A stretch of 64,000 nucleotides of DNA from Schmidtea nova (GCA_044892505.1 CM097882.1:142848001-142912000); one strand, 5' to 3'; counted from the first letter of the stretch, positions 32,505-47,330 are shown. Notes: generated by a model from the letters alone, not told the origin. Numbers and translations are program-made.

Positions 32505-34900
32505 AAATAGGCAATAAAACATGAAGAATTTTACAATGACAAATAATGATATAATATTAAAAAAATAGGTTAAAAATTAGGCAAACTCAGAGTTGAAATT
32601 ACATAATATGAAAAGTTTAAAAATAAGTACTATTTTTTAGGAAATCTGAAATTGGGCAAAATTTAAAAAACTAATTTGAAGTAAAGTATTTCAAGAAAAT
32701 TAAGTTTAAGTAAATTATTTTAAAGTAAAATTATTATACATTTTTGTACTAAGATTTTAAAGTATTATATTTAAGAGAAGGGTGATTAAATATAACTATG
32801 AAACATGGAGAATTTTACAAGGACAGAACAATGACATAATATTTAAAACGTAATAAAAAGCGTAAAATTAGGGCAAGCTCATAGTTGAAATGACATAATA
32901 TTTAAAAATTAATAAAAAAGGGTAAAAATAAGATAAACTCAGAGTTGAAATGACATAATATGAAAAATTTAACAATAAGTACTAAATTCTTTGATAAATC
33001 TGAGAGTGTGTAAAATCAAAAAAAATCAAGTATATTATTTTAAATTAAAATTTTTATAAATTTTTGTACTGAGATATAAAAGTACTAAATTTATGAAACA
33101 TGTGGTTAAGTTAAACTATAAAACAAGGAGAATTTCACAAAGACAGAATAATAACATTGGTCGCGCCCGCTTAATAAAATACTTTTTAAAAATATAATTA
33201 AATACAAATTAAATAATTGAAAGCGGAGCTTGATTGGTGTGGGAGATTGTGGGGCGAGTCTGAAGCCGTTAGGCGGTCTTATCGAAATATATATAAATTT
33301 TATATGGAAACAAACATTTCAAAAGTGGCAAGTTTATAAATTTATTGATATTTCTATGATATTACAATCAAATGCCAACGGTGGTTTATTAACTCTTTCT
33401 AAGGTGGTGGCAATATACTGTACACCATTTTAAACTAATAAAAATATCTAAGTGTAACGCTGTCGGTAATCATTTTTACTTTTGGTACAACTACTGGCAT
33501 ATATTGAGCCACAAGAGAACAAATTTATAGTATATGAAACCATTTATTTTTTTATGATCATTTGTAACTATATAATTATTATTAATCAACTTTGAGTTTT
33601 ACATCACTTTTAGTTTCCTTTGCCTTAGAAAGGGCTAAAGTATGTGTCCAATGTCAATGAAATGTTCAACATTCTGTTTTCGAGCTGTTCAGAATGATAT
33701 TTTGTATGATCTGTGGAATGGTCGTATTTGTACAATTATCAAAAATCAATCAGAGAAAGAATTTGGTGAATTAAAAGACGAAGATATGTAAAAAGAAATT
33801 ATTCAGGATAACACTGATAAGAAAGAACGGGAATCACATTTTTCAACCAATAAACACTATGCTTATGATAACACTGATACGGAAGAACATAAATCTTGTC
33901 TTACAGCCAATAAACTTTGTGATTATGCTAAATATTATAAAAATGATCAAAAAACTTTGGATGATGTTGGTGAAATAAATCCTATCAAATATCATGAAAA
34001 ATTTCTGGGGAAAATTATTGGCTTTGAAACGAAAAAAATATGATAATTACGATATTAATTTTAGTCCACCATTTTATATTGGACCTGTGGGATATAAAAT
34101 ACGATTGGTATTATATCCTAAGAAGTTTTTACAAAAGCAAACTAATATCTTTATGACGATATTGTTTCAAATTCTTCCGGGTGAAAACGACGAAGAATTA
34201 GTGTGGACAATGAACCTAAAACTTGCCATTTCTATTTCATATGATGACAATTGCAACCAAGTAAATGCTGCATGCAGTCAATGTCCTCCATCAAACATTA
34301 CAATTATGATTTTATATGAGATTGTTCAATTGCAGATCGCAAGTATGCCGTGCACAAATGAAAGCTGCACGATTTAAATACAAATATGGATACGAAATGT
34401 CCTGTGACATGATTTGTCGATGAATTGCCGATATTAACCAATTGTACATTCAATCAGCTGAAATGAGGCCAGTAAGCTGTTCAATGATCACATTGTCTTA
34501 TGAAAAGGAGATGGATAAGCCACTGTTATTCAAAACCGATCCAAGTGAATTTGTAGCTGTTCATCTAGCTGTTGCGGTCAGTGGAAAACAGTTGGAAGCT
34601 AAAAGCTATGGGGAAAGGAAGCTTCGTAAAAATAAAGATTTATCAATTGATGAGGCTATTGAATTGGAAATCAATCGCAGCTGGACGTTGCGAAGCAAAC
34701 ATAATATTTAAAACGTAATAAAAAGGAGTAAAATAAGGCAAGCAGAGTTGAAATGACATAATATTTAAAAATTAATAAAATGGGTTAAAATAAGACAAAC
34801 TCTGAGTTGAAATTACATAATGTTAAAATTTTAAAAATAAGTACTAGATTTTTTGTGAGTGGGTAAAATTTAAATTATTTAAAAGTAAATCAGTTAATTA
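32505..34900 (+). repeat. Tandem array of an approximately 300-bp AT-rich unit (GAGTTGAAATGACATAATAT cores), interrupted at 33158-34697
   Basis: Units at about 32505, 32810 and 33120; the array resumes at 34698. Confidence 0.7.
33994..34250 (+). pseudogene. TRAF-like MATH domain fragment
   Basis: FSPPFYIGPVGYKIRLVLYP...ILPGENDEELVW matches the TRAF SPPFY..GYK..L.LY...GEYD..L.W motif. Confidence 0.72.
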
Positions 34901-37125
34901 TAAAATAAAATATTTAACTAAAGTTTTCATAATACAATGTTAATAGTAATTAAATAAATAAAATAATAGTAATAATCGTAAAAATAATAATAATGATAAT
35001 AATAATAATAATAACAATAATAATAATAATGATAATGATAAATAACAATTAAATTACAAAGACTCATATCCCTTAGTACTTAACCAAGTACTTAAGAACA
35101 ATTTCTTTACATTCACCAACTACTTCTACAGATTAACCAACTAGTTCTACACACCAACCAACAATCTACTCTATACACACTAAGCAACCAATTCCTTATT
35201 TACCAACTATTTCTACACACCAGTCACCTAGTTCTATTCATTAATGCTATACCAATCATCCGATCAACTACCCATTATTTACAAACAAATCAACCACAGA
35301 CTAGTTACTGATCAAATACCAACTGATTCTTAAAACAGGGGGGTTTTCAATATAAGATTTCTTCCTGTTTTCTTATTATTGGGGGCTCCATATTGTGATG
35401 AGGCTATGCGGAAACGGTTGAAAATAGGAAGTAATGAATAAAATTAGACAATTAAAGAATAAAAGAAAATAAAGAAAGAAAATCGGTTGAAATTAAAGGA
35501 AACATTAATGATAATAAATTAAAAAGAATAAAGTTAAATTAATGGAAAATTAAACGGAATAAAAGCACAAAAATTCATAACCAGTAAAAATTATGAAAAT
35601 AGGAAATAAATTGGAAAATAAATAACAAATTGTAAAAATAAATCAATAATTTAAAGAAAAACATTAAAACTAAGGAAAAGAAATAAAAAATATTAAATTA
35701 AATAATCTTGCCAATCAAAGACTCAGATCGATTCCGATTGGCAGATTGAGCGCTGAAATCAGTATAAAAGAGACACTCAATTAATTGATTAAAAAATCAT
35801 TACGAAACAATAAACCTCTACTATTTTTACGAAACAATTTTTACGACACTGTTTGTTCTAAACCTTTTACAGCCGAACCGTTTAACCAACAACCGTAGCC
35901 AACGAATTTAAATCTATCTCTGCAGAAGAGATACTTAAACACAGTCATCCATTTTTCAGAAAACGTTTTAAATAATTTTGGTTTTTAAATATAAATATTT
36001 ATAGTCGAAATCAAAATTGTTATTAATAGTGTTTTCTCATTTCACCTTAATTTACGTTTTTTGAAGTTGTGGATGGCCAGATGGGTCGCTAACTTTGCGA
36101 TGATCCCTTCCATTAGTTTTTCCCTCGGTGTAGAACGGATGGCTGGATCATCGGTTAGGGTGCTGGAGTTCGATGTCGACTTGTCAAAAATATTGACATG
36201 GATAGGACAATAATAATTCATATACGAAAACCACTGATAGAGATCCCATAATATCATGTGCGAGATAACCGATTTATACCGCGAAATTGTGTTCTTTGTA
36301 TTGTCGAGATGACAGTGTTGGATAACAATGAAGCTTTTCCCATCCAAATTTCATTAATCTAAATTTTGAATCTTCCGAGATGAAATGCAAGTAAAAACTA
36401 TGATAACTCATTCCCTGTCAAGTACAAACTACTGCGCGCCTGTGAATATTAAATTCCCTCACAACACCAACCGACAGCAGAAATAGAGAATTTATGAACC
36501 ATTCAATATTTGATAAGTGTTTCTAGCGACATTCTTTTTGGTTTGCGTAGAAGATTTTGCACACAAATCACCATATGTATTCCCAAATGCCGTACCGGTA
36601 GAGTTGTCCCTCCCTCACCACCTCCCATTAATTTAGAAAATTGAAGTAGAAATCATGAGTATGTACCTCAACTCAAGTTTACGAGAGGTTTTAACTAAAA
36701 TTACTGGAAAATGCGAGAAGACTGAAAGGAGATTTCCACAGAGCGTAAGTGGCTCGAGATAATGAGGGGCTGATTGGAATTCTCATTTGCGATACAATTT
36801 GCATTTAGTAGTTAAGTGGCATGGAGAGAATTAGTGGAAATGAATTATGTGTTTAATAGCGTGTATTATCGACGAAACCGGAGTTGAGGATCAGTCGGGT
36901 AGGGAATGCACTTAGATGGCAATTAAACATGAATATTGAGTAGCCCACAATTGAAAATTAAAATTAACTGAGTAATAATAGGAAATGAGTACTTATAATT
37001 TAATTATCACTATTTTTATAATGATTCAGTGAAAAAAGGTATTAACATAATTGTAATACCCCTCCTACTGGGTATGGGGTCCGAATGCTCACCAAGGTCC
37101 TTCCCTACGTATTAACCGAAACACC

Positions 37126-37127
<2 letters not shown>

Positions 37128-37188
<61 letters not shown>

Positions 37189-37210
37189 CTATGTCTATGT
37201 ATATGTATAT
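37128..37210 (+). repeat. (ATATGT)n simple repeat next to a gap
   Basis: Direct reading. Confidence 0.9.
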
Positions 37211-38104
37211 NNNNNNNNNNNNNNNNNNNNNNNNNNNNNNNNNNNNNNNNNNNNNNNNNNNNNNNNNNNNNNNNNNNNNNNNNNNNNNNNNNNNNNNNNN
37301 NNNNNNNNNNNNNNNNNNNNNNNNNNNNNNNNNNNNNNNNNNNNNNNNNNNNNNNNNNNNNNNNNNNNNNNNNNNNNNNNNNNNNNNNNNNNNNNNNNNN
37401 NNNNNNNNNNNNNNNNNNNNNNNNNNNNNNNNNNNNNNNNNNNNNNNNNNNNNNNNNNNNNNNNNNNNNNNNNNNNNNNNNNNNNNNNNNNNNNNNNNNN
37501 NNNNNNNNNNNNNNNNNNNNNNNNNNNNNNNNNNNNNNNNNNNNNNNNNNNNNNNNNNNNNNNNNNNNNNNNNNNNNNNNNNNNNNNNNNNNNNNNNNNN
37601 NNNNNNNNNNNNNNNNNNNNNNNNNNNNNNNNNNNNNNNNNNNNNNNNNNNNNNNNNNNNNNNNNNNNNNNNNNNNNNNNNNNNNNNNNNNNNNNNNNNN
37701 NNNNNNNNNNNNNNNNNNNNNNNNNNNNNNNNNNNNNNNNNNNNNNNNNNNNNNNNNNNNNNNNNNNNNNNNNNNNNNNNNNNNNNNNNNNNNNNNNNNN
37801 NNNNNNNNNNNNNNNNNNNNNNNNNNNNNNNNNNNNNNNNNNNNNNNNNNNNNNNNNNNNNNNNNNNNNNNNNNNNNNNNNNNNNNNNNNNNNNNNNNNN
37901 NNNNNNNNNNNNNNNNNNNNNNNNNNNNNNNNNNNNNNNNNNNNNNNNNNNNNNNNNNNNNNNNNNNNNNNNNNNNNNNNTTTTAGATAGAATAATTAAA
38001 TGAACAACGAATCCATCCATCAATCAACCGTCGACTCAAGGGAGTGATCCGGGGTCAAAGAAAAATGTTGCAGGAGAGAGGAAGTATATGAGAACTATAT
38101 GCTC

Positions 38105-38467
38105 ATGGTGATGCCTCTAAAACAAAATATCCCAACCGAGCTCGTCTGTGATATTTTCTGACAATATTCCGAAGTCTTTTGACGAACGGGCGAGTTGCCC
38201 AAATTCAGGATTCACCTCGATAGTCCGGACCACATCATCTGGTTCGGTGGGCCGGAATGGCCGATAGACGTTGACAAAATCTATCCCGCCGACACTCCCA
38301 GGTATTTTGTCGAGACCCAAAGTGACTTTGCTGGTCTCGGCGTGATTCAATTTCAAAGGATTATTTCTGCAGAAGAATTCAGGAAACTCGGCCGAGAGAT
38401 TTTCAACTCTGGCATTGATTTGCGAATCCCGGATTCTCCTACGAGCCCGAATGGATTGGAATATTGA
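38105..38467 (+). pseudogene. Orphan gene family copy 1 (PLKQNIP...SAEEF...RIPDSP)
   Basis: Protein-level homology to 60440-60850; in-frame stops upstream of 38195. Confidence 0.6.
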
Positions 38468-38657
38468 TCCAATAAACTGATCTATAAAAACTCATTATTT
38501 TGTGTATTGTGAAAAATTCGTTTAATATATGTATTTATTGTTAACTTTGCTTTTATGTGAAAAGAATCTTTGAATAAAATGTAATTAAATGCGAGAATTA
38601 AACCAAATGTGGTAGTCGTTCACGTCAAATCCAAAGGCATCAAAATATAAAGTCAAC

Positions 38658-41600
38658 CATAAGCGGATCTAGAAATAATTTATGGGAGGGGCACTTTACA
38701 AAAAAAAAATATTTATATTAATATTTTAAGTATGTATTTGTAAAGAATTAATAAAACACAAAAGAAAATTTTTTTACAATAAAAACTGTTTTCGCCTATT
38801 TTTCATCATTGAGAATCTGTCAATAACTTTTTCAATAGAAACTGTAATGTGATCTTCTCCCATAGAATTTCTCTTTCCAGGTTTTCAGTCATCGCAACAT
38901 AGAAAAACTTCGCTCTGCTGTGGCGACAGAAATAGGAATAGTAAAAAAAAATCTTCAGTAAGTTCAATACATCAGGAAATGTGTCTAGAATATTTTCGTT
39001 TTTTAAAATATCATTTATAGTAATGTCATCCAGTTCATTGATCGATTTCTGCAGCCATTTATTTCTCCACAGTTCAATTTGAGCAGCAATGTGTTTGTTG
39101 CCACATACACCTAATTTTAAAATGTTTTCGGATTCAATAAGCCTATTAAAATGATTGATGTCTATAATGTTTTTTGGCATAAGCAGCGCGCAGTCCAAAA
39201 TTTGAACACGAGGAGTTGAACCTTGTTTTTATATCAACTAATATTTCGTCCACCATTGGTATGAAAATTGAAATTTTGTAGAATTCTTTAACAGAATCCG
39301 TCACGTAATTATCGCGATGTTGCTGTCTTTTAGACATTCTCGGCTTAATTAACTCAATATCAATTTTAATTGCTGTACTTTCTATGTCATTCCAAATATC
39401 ATCGAAAATTTTATCAACATCATTTCTTTTTTTCTGTCAAAATATTTATTAGACTTTTAATATTTTCGGAAACATCAAAATAATTATAAGTTTTTCTTTG
39501 AAAAATAATGCTCAACGGATATGTATAAGAAAAAAAACTACACAATGTAGTGAAACTATAAACTCCGTGCATAAAATTCCCTTTGAAAGTAAATCAGCTT
39601 TCGTAGAAGCAGTTTGGTCTTCCCAATTACTAATTATACACAAAATTTCACAAATTTTTAATATTTCATTTAAGAACAATTTTACGCTTTCGTGGCGTTC
39701 ATTCCACCGAGTATCACATTTTATTTATGATTCATAATTTTCTTTACTATAAAACTACGTTTGGATGACCCATTAATGAAATTTACTACTTCCGATATTT
39801 TGCCGAAGCAATTTCAGATTGCTGTTATTTCATTGACTCGGCTTATAGTTAAGTTTAAACTGTGGTTGAAACACGAAGCCCATATGCAATTTTTTGCATG
39901 CCTTTGAATGTAAGGTACAGCACCACGTTTCTTGGAACTCATCACGCTACATCCATCAGTTCCGATGGAAACACAATTCAACAAATCTAAAGATAATTTG
40001 TTAGTGATAATATCACATACAACTTCACCAATTTTTTCGCCAGATAGTACTGGTTCAACATTCAAGTGAATATAAGAATGAATATAAATCAATGAAACAA
40101 AGCAAATCTTCTTGAACAAAACCATCATGTATATAACGAATTATCAAACTCATTTGTGAGATATTCGAAATATCTGTTGTTTCATCGAATAATATTTTGA
40201 TTTTTTAACTTTTTCGATAATATATTGTGATATTTTTTCGTCAGAACACTTAATTAAATCATTTTGAATGGTTTTGGATATGTATAATGCATTTTTTTGC
40301 TGACTTTCTAGGTGAGATTTCAAATTTTCATCACCACAATCTACTCTATACTTGAGTATTGATTTAAAATTTCCAATATTGTGAATACTATTTTTTCTGT
40401 ATCAAATTCATTATTTTGAAATATTGAACCATCATCACGATGTCCTCGAAATGAAATGTTTTGGCGACCCAATAAAATCACAGTTTCAACCATTTTTTTT
40501 TAAATTACGATTTTCTTTTATTTGGCGAACATTGACTGAATCAATTATATTACAAATCTTTCTTGTTGGAGCGATATAATTATCTATGAAAGATTGTCCA
40601 GATAGCATTGACGTTTTATGATAACCGGCTTTAACATGATTATTTAATATGCCATTTTCTCTCCCAAGAGTCTTTTAAAATTAGTTAACGGCTTTCTTAC
40701 AAGAATATTCAAAGAATTTCTCTGAACTTCCTCAGGTGCAAAAATAGCTCAGTATACACAGAAAAATTCCATTTTTGATTTAGACAGCACCAACCAAGGT
40801 TTAAACACATTCAAGTGAGATTTTTTTTTAAATCGTTTTTTTGTTTTTCCGTTTTGGTTACTTTCGGAAAAGGGATATTCGAAATCATCTTCCGGTACCC
40901 AATGATTTACAAGTAAATCATATTTTTGTTTATCATCACTAATATCTTTTGCATTAAACGAACCAATATCATCACAAATAAGTTCATAATTGATTTGCAT
41001 ATTGCTACTTTCTGATTCATTAAGTCTTTCACAATTCGTTTGGATTTGTATTCCGATGTTACTGGTATTACAATCATTTTCATCAACAGCAATAGCAGAT
41101 TCATCATTATTTGAATTTGAATTACTCTCTATTACTTTTTTTTGAAAAATAAGTGTAGTGTTTTGTTTGGTCGTTTTGACATTTTGTTGGCTGGTTAACT
41201 TGATTTTTTTGATAAAAAAAACATTTAGAAAAAAATAGTATTAATTTGAAAATATATAAAAATACGAAATACCTTTAATCTGATAAATACAATTTGTATC
41301 CTTGAACTACTTTTAAAATGCTAAATCCAATTTGAATATTGAATTACAACGAGTACAATTAATTCAATTTGAATAACACCATAATTTGCATAATAATAAA
41401 TGTATGTCAATTGTCAATGAAATGTCAACTTGTCAATAACTTAACAGCCACTTTCTCCCTATAAACAATTTTTTGGTGTGTTATCTCGTTACGATTTTTT
41501 AAGGAAAAGGCGAAACTTAATGGAAGTTGGAAATCGTATTGTTTATCATTAAAATAATATTGAAAATATCCGAAAACTGTAGTGAAAAGTATATGAAAAT

Positions 41601-41697
41601 TTCAACATTTAATGTTGTATACTAAAATAATTTAGTATCTCAGTTTTCAGGGAAGAGCACTAACCCACAGTGCCCCCCCCCCTATAATCCGCCAGTG
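38658..41697 (-). mobile_element. Degenerate hAT transposon (ZnF-TTF/DUF4371, ZMYM1/PRKRIR-like transposase)
   Basis: Perfect 8-bp TSD AAGTCAAC (38650-57, 41698-705), GCGGAT..GGGGCAC termini, and fragments WLVLSK..FCVY, GRQNISFRGH, DETTDIS, GTDGCSVM, CFNHSLNL. Confidence 0.9.
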
Positions 41698-43484
41698 AAG
41701 TCAACCCGCATTGTCGAATTGTTGAGGTTCCCCGAATCTCAACTTGGTATCTTATAAAAAAATAAATAAGATAACACTGGTTCAAAGAATTTATTCAAAT
41801 ACAACAAATATAAATTACCTAAAAAATTATTGCAGATTCACAATGTTGATCCTTAAATGTGTAAATATATATGTGTGTGTATGTGTAAATGCCTTCTAAG
41901 CTCGATATCTTGTATGCTCGAAATTATTATTTCAATAGTCGATAACAACTATGAAATTCTTTTTACGCAAAGATTTTATGGGTGATTTGACTGAAAAATC
42001 AGTCAGTTTATATACTAAATTTTAAGGCACTTAATCTGTCAATAATGATTGTTATTTTGCCTCTTGAGTTGATTGAAATTGTTTTTGAAAATAGAGTTTT
42101 TTCAAAACAGAATTATTTTCAAAATTATTTTTTAACCTTGAGATATTATTTCATTTTTCTGAGCTTTGTAGGTCATAAATATAATTTATTTAAACAAACT
42201 GTAATTTATTTATTTTTGATTTATTTAAACAATATGTATTATTTATTTATTTAATTATTATTATTATAATTTATTGAATTAAAATATTAAAATATAAATG
42301 AAAATATAATCCGTTTTCCAAATAGTTAAAAAAATTATTTTTTACATAAAATATTTTCAAAACAAAATATTTTTTCAAAATTATATAAAATTTTGTCCAT
42401 CACCATAAAAAATGTCAATAAATGTTCGCAATATCACAAATGATAATTTGTCAAATTATAAATTGTCATGCTGATAAATTGTCATGCTAATAAATTGTCA
42501 TTACAAAAATTAATTGTCAACAATATTTTATTAACAGAAACAAAATAAAATTATCCCATAAATATAAAAATTGCCAGATAGTCACAGCTTAATCACATAA
42601 TTTTCATCATCATAAAACAAAAGTCAAATGAGATCAACAGTAAAATATCATCATATAAAATCCCTAAAATTATAATGTCGTTGAAGTTGATATTTTCCAT
42701 TGATTATTGAATTGTAATTGCCATATGATCCACATGTATATTTATCCTGTACCTTCCATTTTCTACTGTATAATATTTTAATTTTAAAACCCTTATTTTA
42801 CGCCACTCTTCTAACAGAATAATAAATATCATTTCCGAATTTATTAAAATTTTCTATGATAAATAACTCTCTAAACCTAGGTAAAAGATTAAAAAAGTTA
42901 ATAATGCAGATAGTAAGCTCATAGGAGTTTTGAAGAGAAGAATCATCAAGGTCGAAAGCACATATTTTTCGCCGGCCGACATGAAGATAAAGTTAGATAT
43001 ACTAGCCCGAGCATTGAAGGTGAACGAAGACCAGCAGTTGGAACTTGAAATGGAGTTGAGGTATTGTAAAATATATATCACGCAGTTTCATAGCGGACGA
43101 CATTAAGGACTTAATACGACCAATACCCTATCAGAATGGTCCCAACGCGAAAATTTAGATATAACACAAAATGATCCGCCAGTAACGAAAAAGAAGTGAA
43201 ATAGAATCAGTTTGCCAAAGTGGCAAAGGAGGAAGAGGCAGTTGATGGAAAGGATGATAACTCCGAAAACAAATAAAATCCTGTAATCTGAATAGCGAAA
43301 ATGAATATATGTATAGTTTTGAATTAGTATATACCGAATGCTCAAAAAGTGAAATTAAAATATTCTGAGCAAAACATTAATAAATACAATTAAGAAAAAT
43401 ATATAAAAAGAATTAAATAACACATAAATAAAAAAATTAAATTTAACAAATGTGCTGAGTACATAAAAATAACTATGAGGTAAG

Positions 43485-46400
43485 CTGGAAGATTCTAAAA
43501 ATATTTTTTAATTTATGGGTTACAAAATATTGAAAATGTGAAATTAAAAATTTCGAAAAGATTTTAAATTTTAAATTTACAATTGAAAAATATTTAAAAT
43601 TGAAAAATTTTAATAAAAAAATGAAGATGGTAAATTGTTTGAATATCATAACAAATTAAAAGCAGTTAAAGTTTTTTTAATATTGTGTTGAATTTTATAA
43701 ACTTATTTAGTGACTCAATTAATTGCCAATTTTCAAAGGATGAAAATCCTTATATGGTTGCCGTGGTAAACACGAACGCAATCACCGAAAGACTATTAAC
43801 AAAGGTGTTTTGCCAAAGTGATGACTTGGAGAAGTTTATCAAAAGATGCGAAATCTATTTCGATGCTAAAGGCCTCACGCATAAAAAAGAACAAGAAAAA
43901 TTAACAGAATGTCTGATTGACGAGGATCTATTGGAAACCTATTCAAAGACACTTCAAAAAGCAGAAGGATTTCAAGACAGGTTACGAATGGCATTTGATT
44001 ACGAAAGAGATGTAATAAAGGATTTGGAAAATTTATTTAATTATAAGGAGAAGAGATCGAAACTTACTTTAAAAAGATAGAGGCCTTTGTGAACAAGTTA
44101 TTTGAGAATAAAGAATTCACCAAAAAGAAAGTAACAGCAAAGATGTTGATAGTATATGCGGAGAATAAAGAAGTTGAGAAAGAAGTAATACTACTGAGAA
44201 TAAAAAGCACAGAAGAAATAAAGAAAACATTAATTCTTATGGATAGAATGGAGAAACAAAGTGATCAGATAAACGTTATGAAAAGTTACGCAAGAGCGTC
44301 CATCAGGAGCCACAGAGATGGGGGCAGTGCAAGCAGAAAGAACAAAGAGAAGAAAGAAGAATAAAAAAACTAGAATGTTACTTATGCCAAAAATTGGGCC
44401 ATAAGAAAATAGACTGTCCAATAAAAGGAAAGGTAGAGTGCTGGACTTATCATAGAAACGGACATATAAGTAGAAATTTTCCAGATAAAAAAGCGCCAAG
44501 ATGTTTTGGTTGTGGGAAATAAGGTCATATAAAAAGATTATGTCAGGAAATACGGTGTAAAAGATGCAACAGAAATGGTCATAGATCTGAAGAATGTTAT
44601 ACAAAGTTGGGTTACAGGAAAACGATAGAAAAACAAGGACCGACAGGAAACAGATACAATCAGAAAAATGGAATAGAGGAAGAAGAAGAAAGGGACAAAT
44701 GTAGATAAATTTAGTAAGCCGTACCCAAACAACTAGGCTCCACTAGTAGAGGAGTTGGTTGGAGCCATATACTAACAGAAGAATTGATGGGGTATCCTTA
44801 AGGGGCAGTGAAATGGGAAAATGTAGGAAGAGTAAATGACAAAGTATACAGGTTCCTAATAAGAGAAAGGTTTGAAGAGGAAGTGGAAAAAATTGAACCA
44901 CTGAAATGGGACAGGCTGTAGAAATTGTATATAACAAGCTACAAGGAAGACCTAGTGTAACAGTAATGATGAATTGGGAATATTTTGAATGTTTATTAGA
45001 TATCGTGGCATGAATCAACGTAATGAGTGTGAATTATTTTAACAAGTTACGAGGACAACAATTGATGAGGAGCGACGATAAAAAAATAGAGACAATAGGA
45101 AAAACAAAGGTGCAAGTAACTATTGTAGATATGTCTAAAGAAGTTATATTCATTGTGAGGGAAAATATGACACCAGAGTTGAGTGGAGTAGTGGAATTAC
45201 AAGAAGCATTTGGATCTAGGCTGTAGAAAAAGAAAGATATCGAAGTTAATGAAAAAGACAAGAACTATATTTGTAACATTGAAGCCAAATTCGGCAGACA
45301 AATAAAGGACGGAGAACGGTTGACACGAGCCTTGGAACATTTAATGACTTACAAAGATAGCAAACTAAAGGAAATAATAACGAACAGCGGAAACGTGTTC
45401 ATGGCGGATAAATGGGATGTGGGTCGTACGCATTTGGTAAAACATAAGTTAGGTACAAGAGGTGAACCGATAAATATAAAACCATTACATCAACCATTAA
45501 ATCTGGAAACAAAGATTGAAGAAGCAATAGAGATTTTGTACGAAAACGGGATTATACGGAAATGCAACTCTCCATGGAATACGCCGTTAATATGCGTATG
45601 AAAAAAAGAGAAAATAGATATAAGGTTATGCTTGGAATTCAGGCGGCTGAACGCGCTAACAGAGAGGCAGGTATTTCTAATGCCCAACATAAACGAGATG
45701 TTGGATTTGTTAGGAAAAGCCGTCTTTTCAGCTCAATCAACCTAGTTAATGCATATTACCAAATTAAATTAAACAAATAACCACAGGAGAAAACAGCCTT
45801 CTCAAGAAAGAACGGGCAATACTCTTTCAATAGAATGCCGTTCGGAATTGCAGCAGCACCAGGCACGTTCCAGGAAATGATGACAAAGGTAATCTGCAAT
45901 ATAAAAGAGGCATAGGTGTATTTGGACGACATCTTAATTTATTCAAGCAGTAAAGAAAAACATTATGCAATACTAGGCGATCGAAGAAGCAGGATTAAAG
46001 ATTAACCCAGAAAAGTTTCAAATATTACAGAAAGAAATCAGATTCCTAGGACACATAATCTGTAAAGAAGGAGTACAGACAGATCCTTCTAAGATTGAAG
46101 CTTTACAAAATTTTGGGAAGGTAAGTTGCGTAAAGAAACTCCGAAGCTTTTTAGGCATTTGCAATTATTACAGAAGATTCATCAGCGAGTATGCAAAGAA
46201 GGTCAGGATGTTAGAACAATTATTTAGCGGACCGAGTAACAAAAAATGTTAGAACAATCATGTATGGATTTATGTATTCATTTTAAGATTTGGTTGCCCA
46301 AAGGAGATAAGAGTTGATTGCGGTAAGGCGTTTGAATCAGGAATGATAAGAGAATTCACAAAGAAGTTAAATATTAAGTTATGTTTTTCGAGTCCATACC

Positions 46401-46905
46401 ATCACCAAACAAATGGACAGATTGAAAGACAATTCAGGACAATTTGAGAACTGATAAATGCTACTTTACAGGACAGAAAGAAGACTGATTGGGCAGAGAT
46501 ACTCCCAGAAGTCGAATTCACATTAAATGCAACTAAACGAAAAACGACAGGAAAAAGCCCGACAGAGATAGTTTTTGGAAAAAAAATAAGCAGGGAAAAA
46601 TGGAACGAGTTCGAAGAAAAACAGGTAAAAGAACACACGGAAGAACAAACAAGGAGGAAATTCAATGTTGAAGAAAACGTGTTAGTAAAATTAGAAACAC
46701 GCAACAAAAACCAGAACAGATATAAGGGGCCATACGAAGTTATCGAGAAAGTGCATGACAGACGATATATCTTAAGAAACGATAATGGTAAAAACATCGA
46801 AAGAAACGTGGAAAAACTTAAAAAAGTTCTAAAGAAGGAGGATTTAAAAGAAGCTGGAAGATTCTAAAAATATTGAAAATGTGAAATTAAAAATTTAGAA
46901 AATAT
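43485..46905 (+). mobile_element. Decayed Ty3/Gypsy element C (gag, PR, RT, partial IN)
   Basis: CCHC knuckles at 44376-44600, CNSPWNTP, MPFGIAAAPGTFQ, YLDDIL, SSPYHHQTNGQIER, YKGPYEV. Partial direct repeats AGCTGGAAGATTCTAAAAATATT near 43485 and 46852. Confidence 0.85.
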
Positions 46906-46914
46906 TTTACCAAG

Positions 46915-47330
46915 TGTTTCCAAATTTACCAATTATTCTAAGAATATTTTTGAGTTTACCGGTTTCTATTGCTTCCGCTGAAAGAAGTTTTAGTAAACTG
47001 AAAAAAAAATTTCAACAGATTGACGATGTCACAAGATGGATTAAATGGTTTATCAATGCTCAATATAAATTCTGACTATTCGCGATAGGTTGATTTTTCA
47101 AATATCATTAAAGAATTTTCTAATTCAAAAGTGCGAGAGCATTTCTAAAATAATTAAAAGAAATTAAATTATTATGTATTAAATAAAATGTATATTAGTA
47201 AATAAAAAATAATTGTTTTTGTTATAATTCAAATATCAAGACCAAATTACAGAAAATTAAACATTTTTTAAAAATATAATGTGTGGGACTCGATAAATAT
47301 TTCTGGCTCGGGCCCCATTGAAGCTCTCAA
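46915..47330 (+). mobile_element. hAT transposase C-terminal (dimerisation domain) remnant and 3' end
   Basis: FPNLPIILRIFLSLPVSIASAERSFSKLK...MSQDGLNGLSMLNI. Confidence 0.8.

Noticed and set aside
42850-43350. Coding-like segment with stops
   Set aside because: Could not be assigned to any family by eye.
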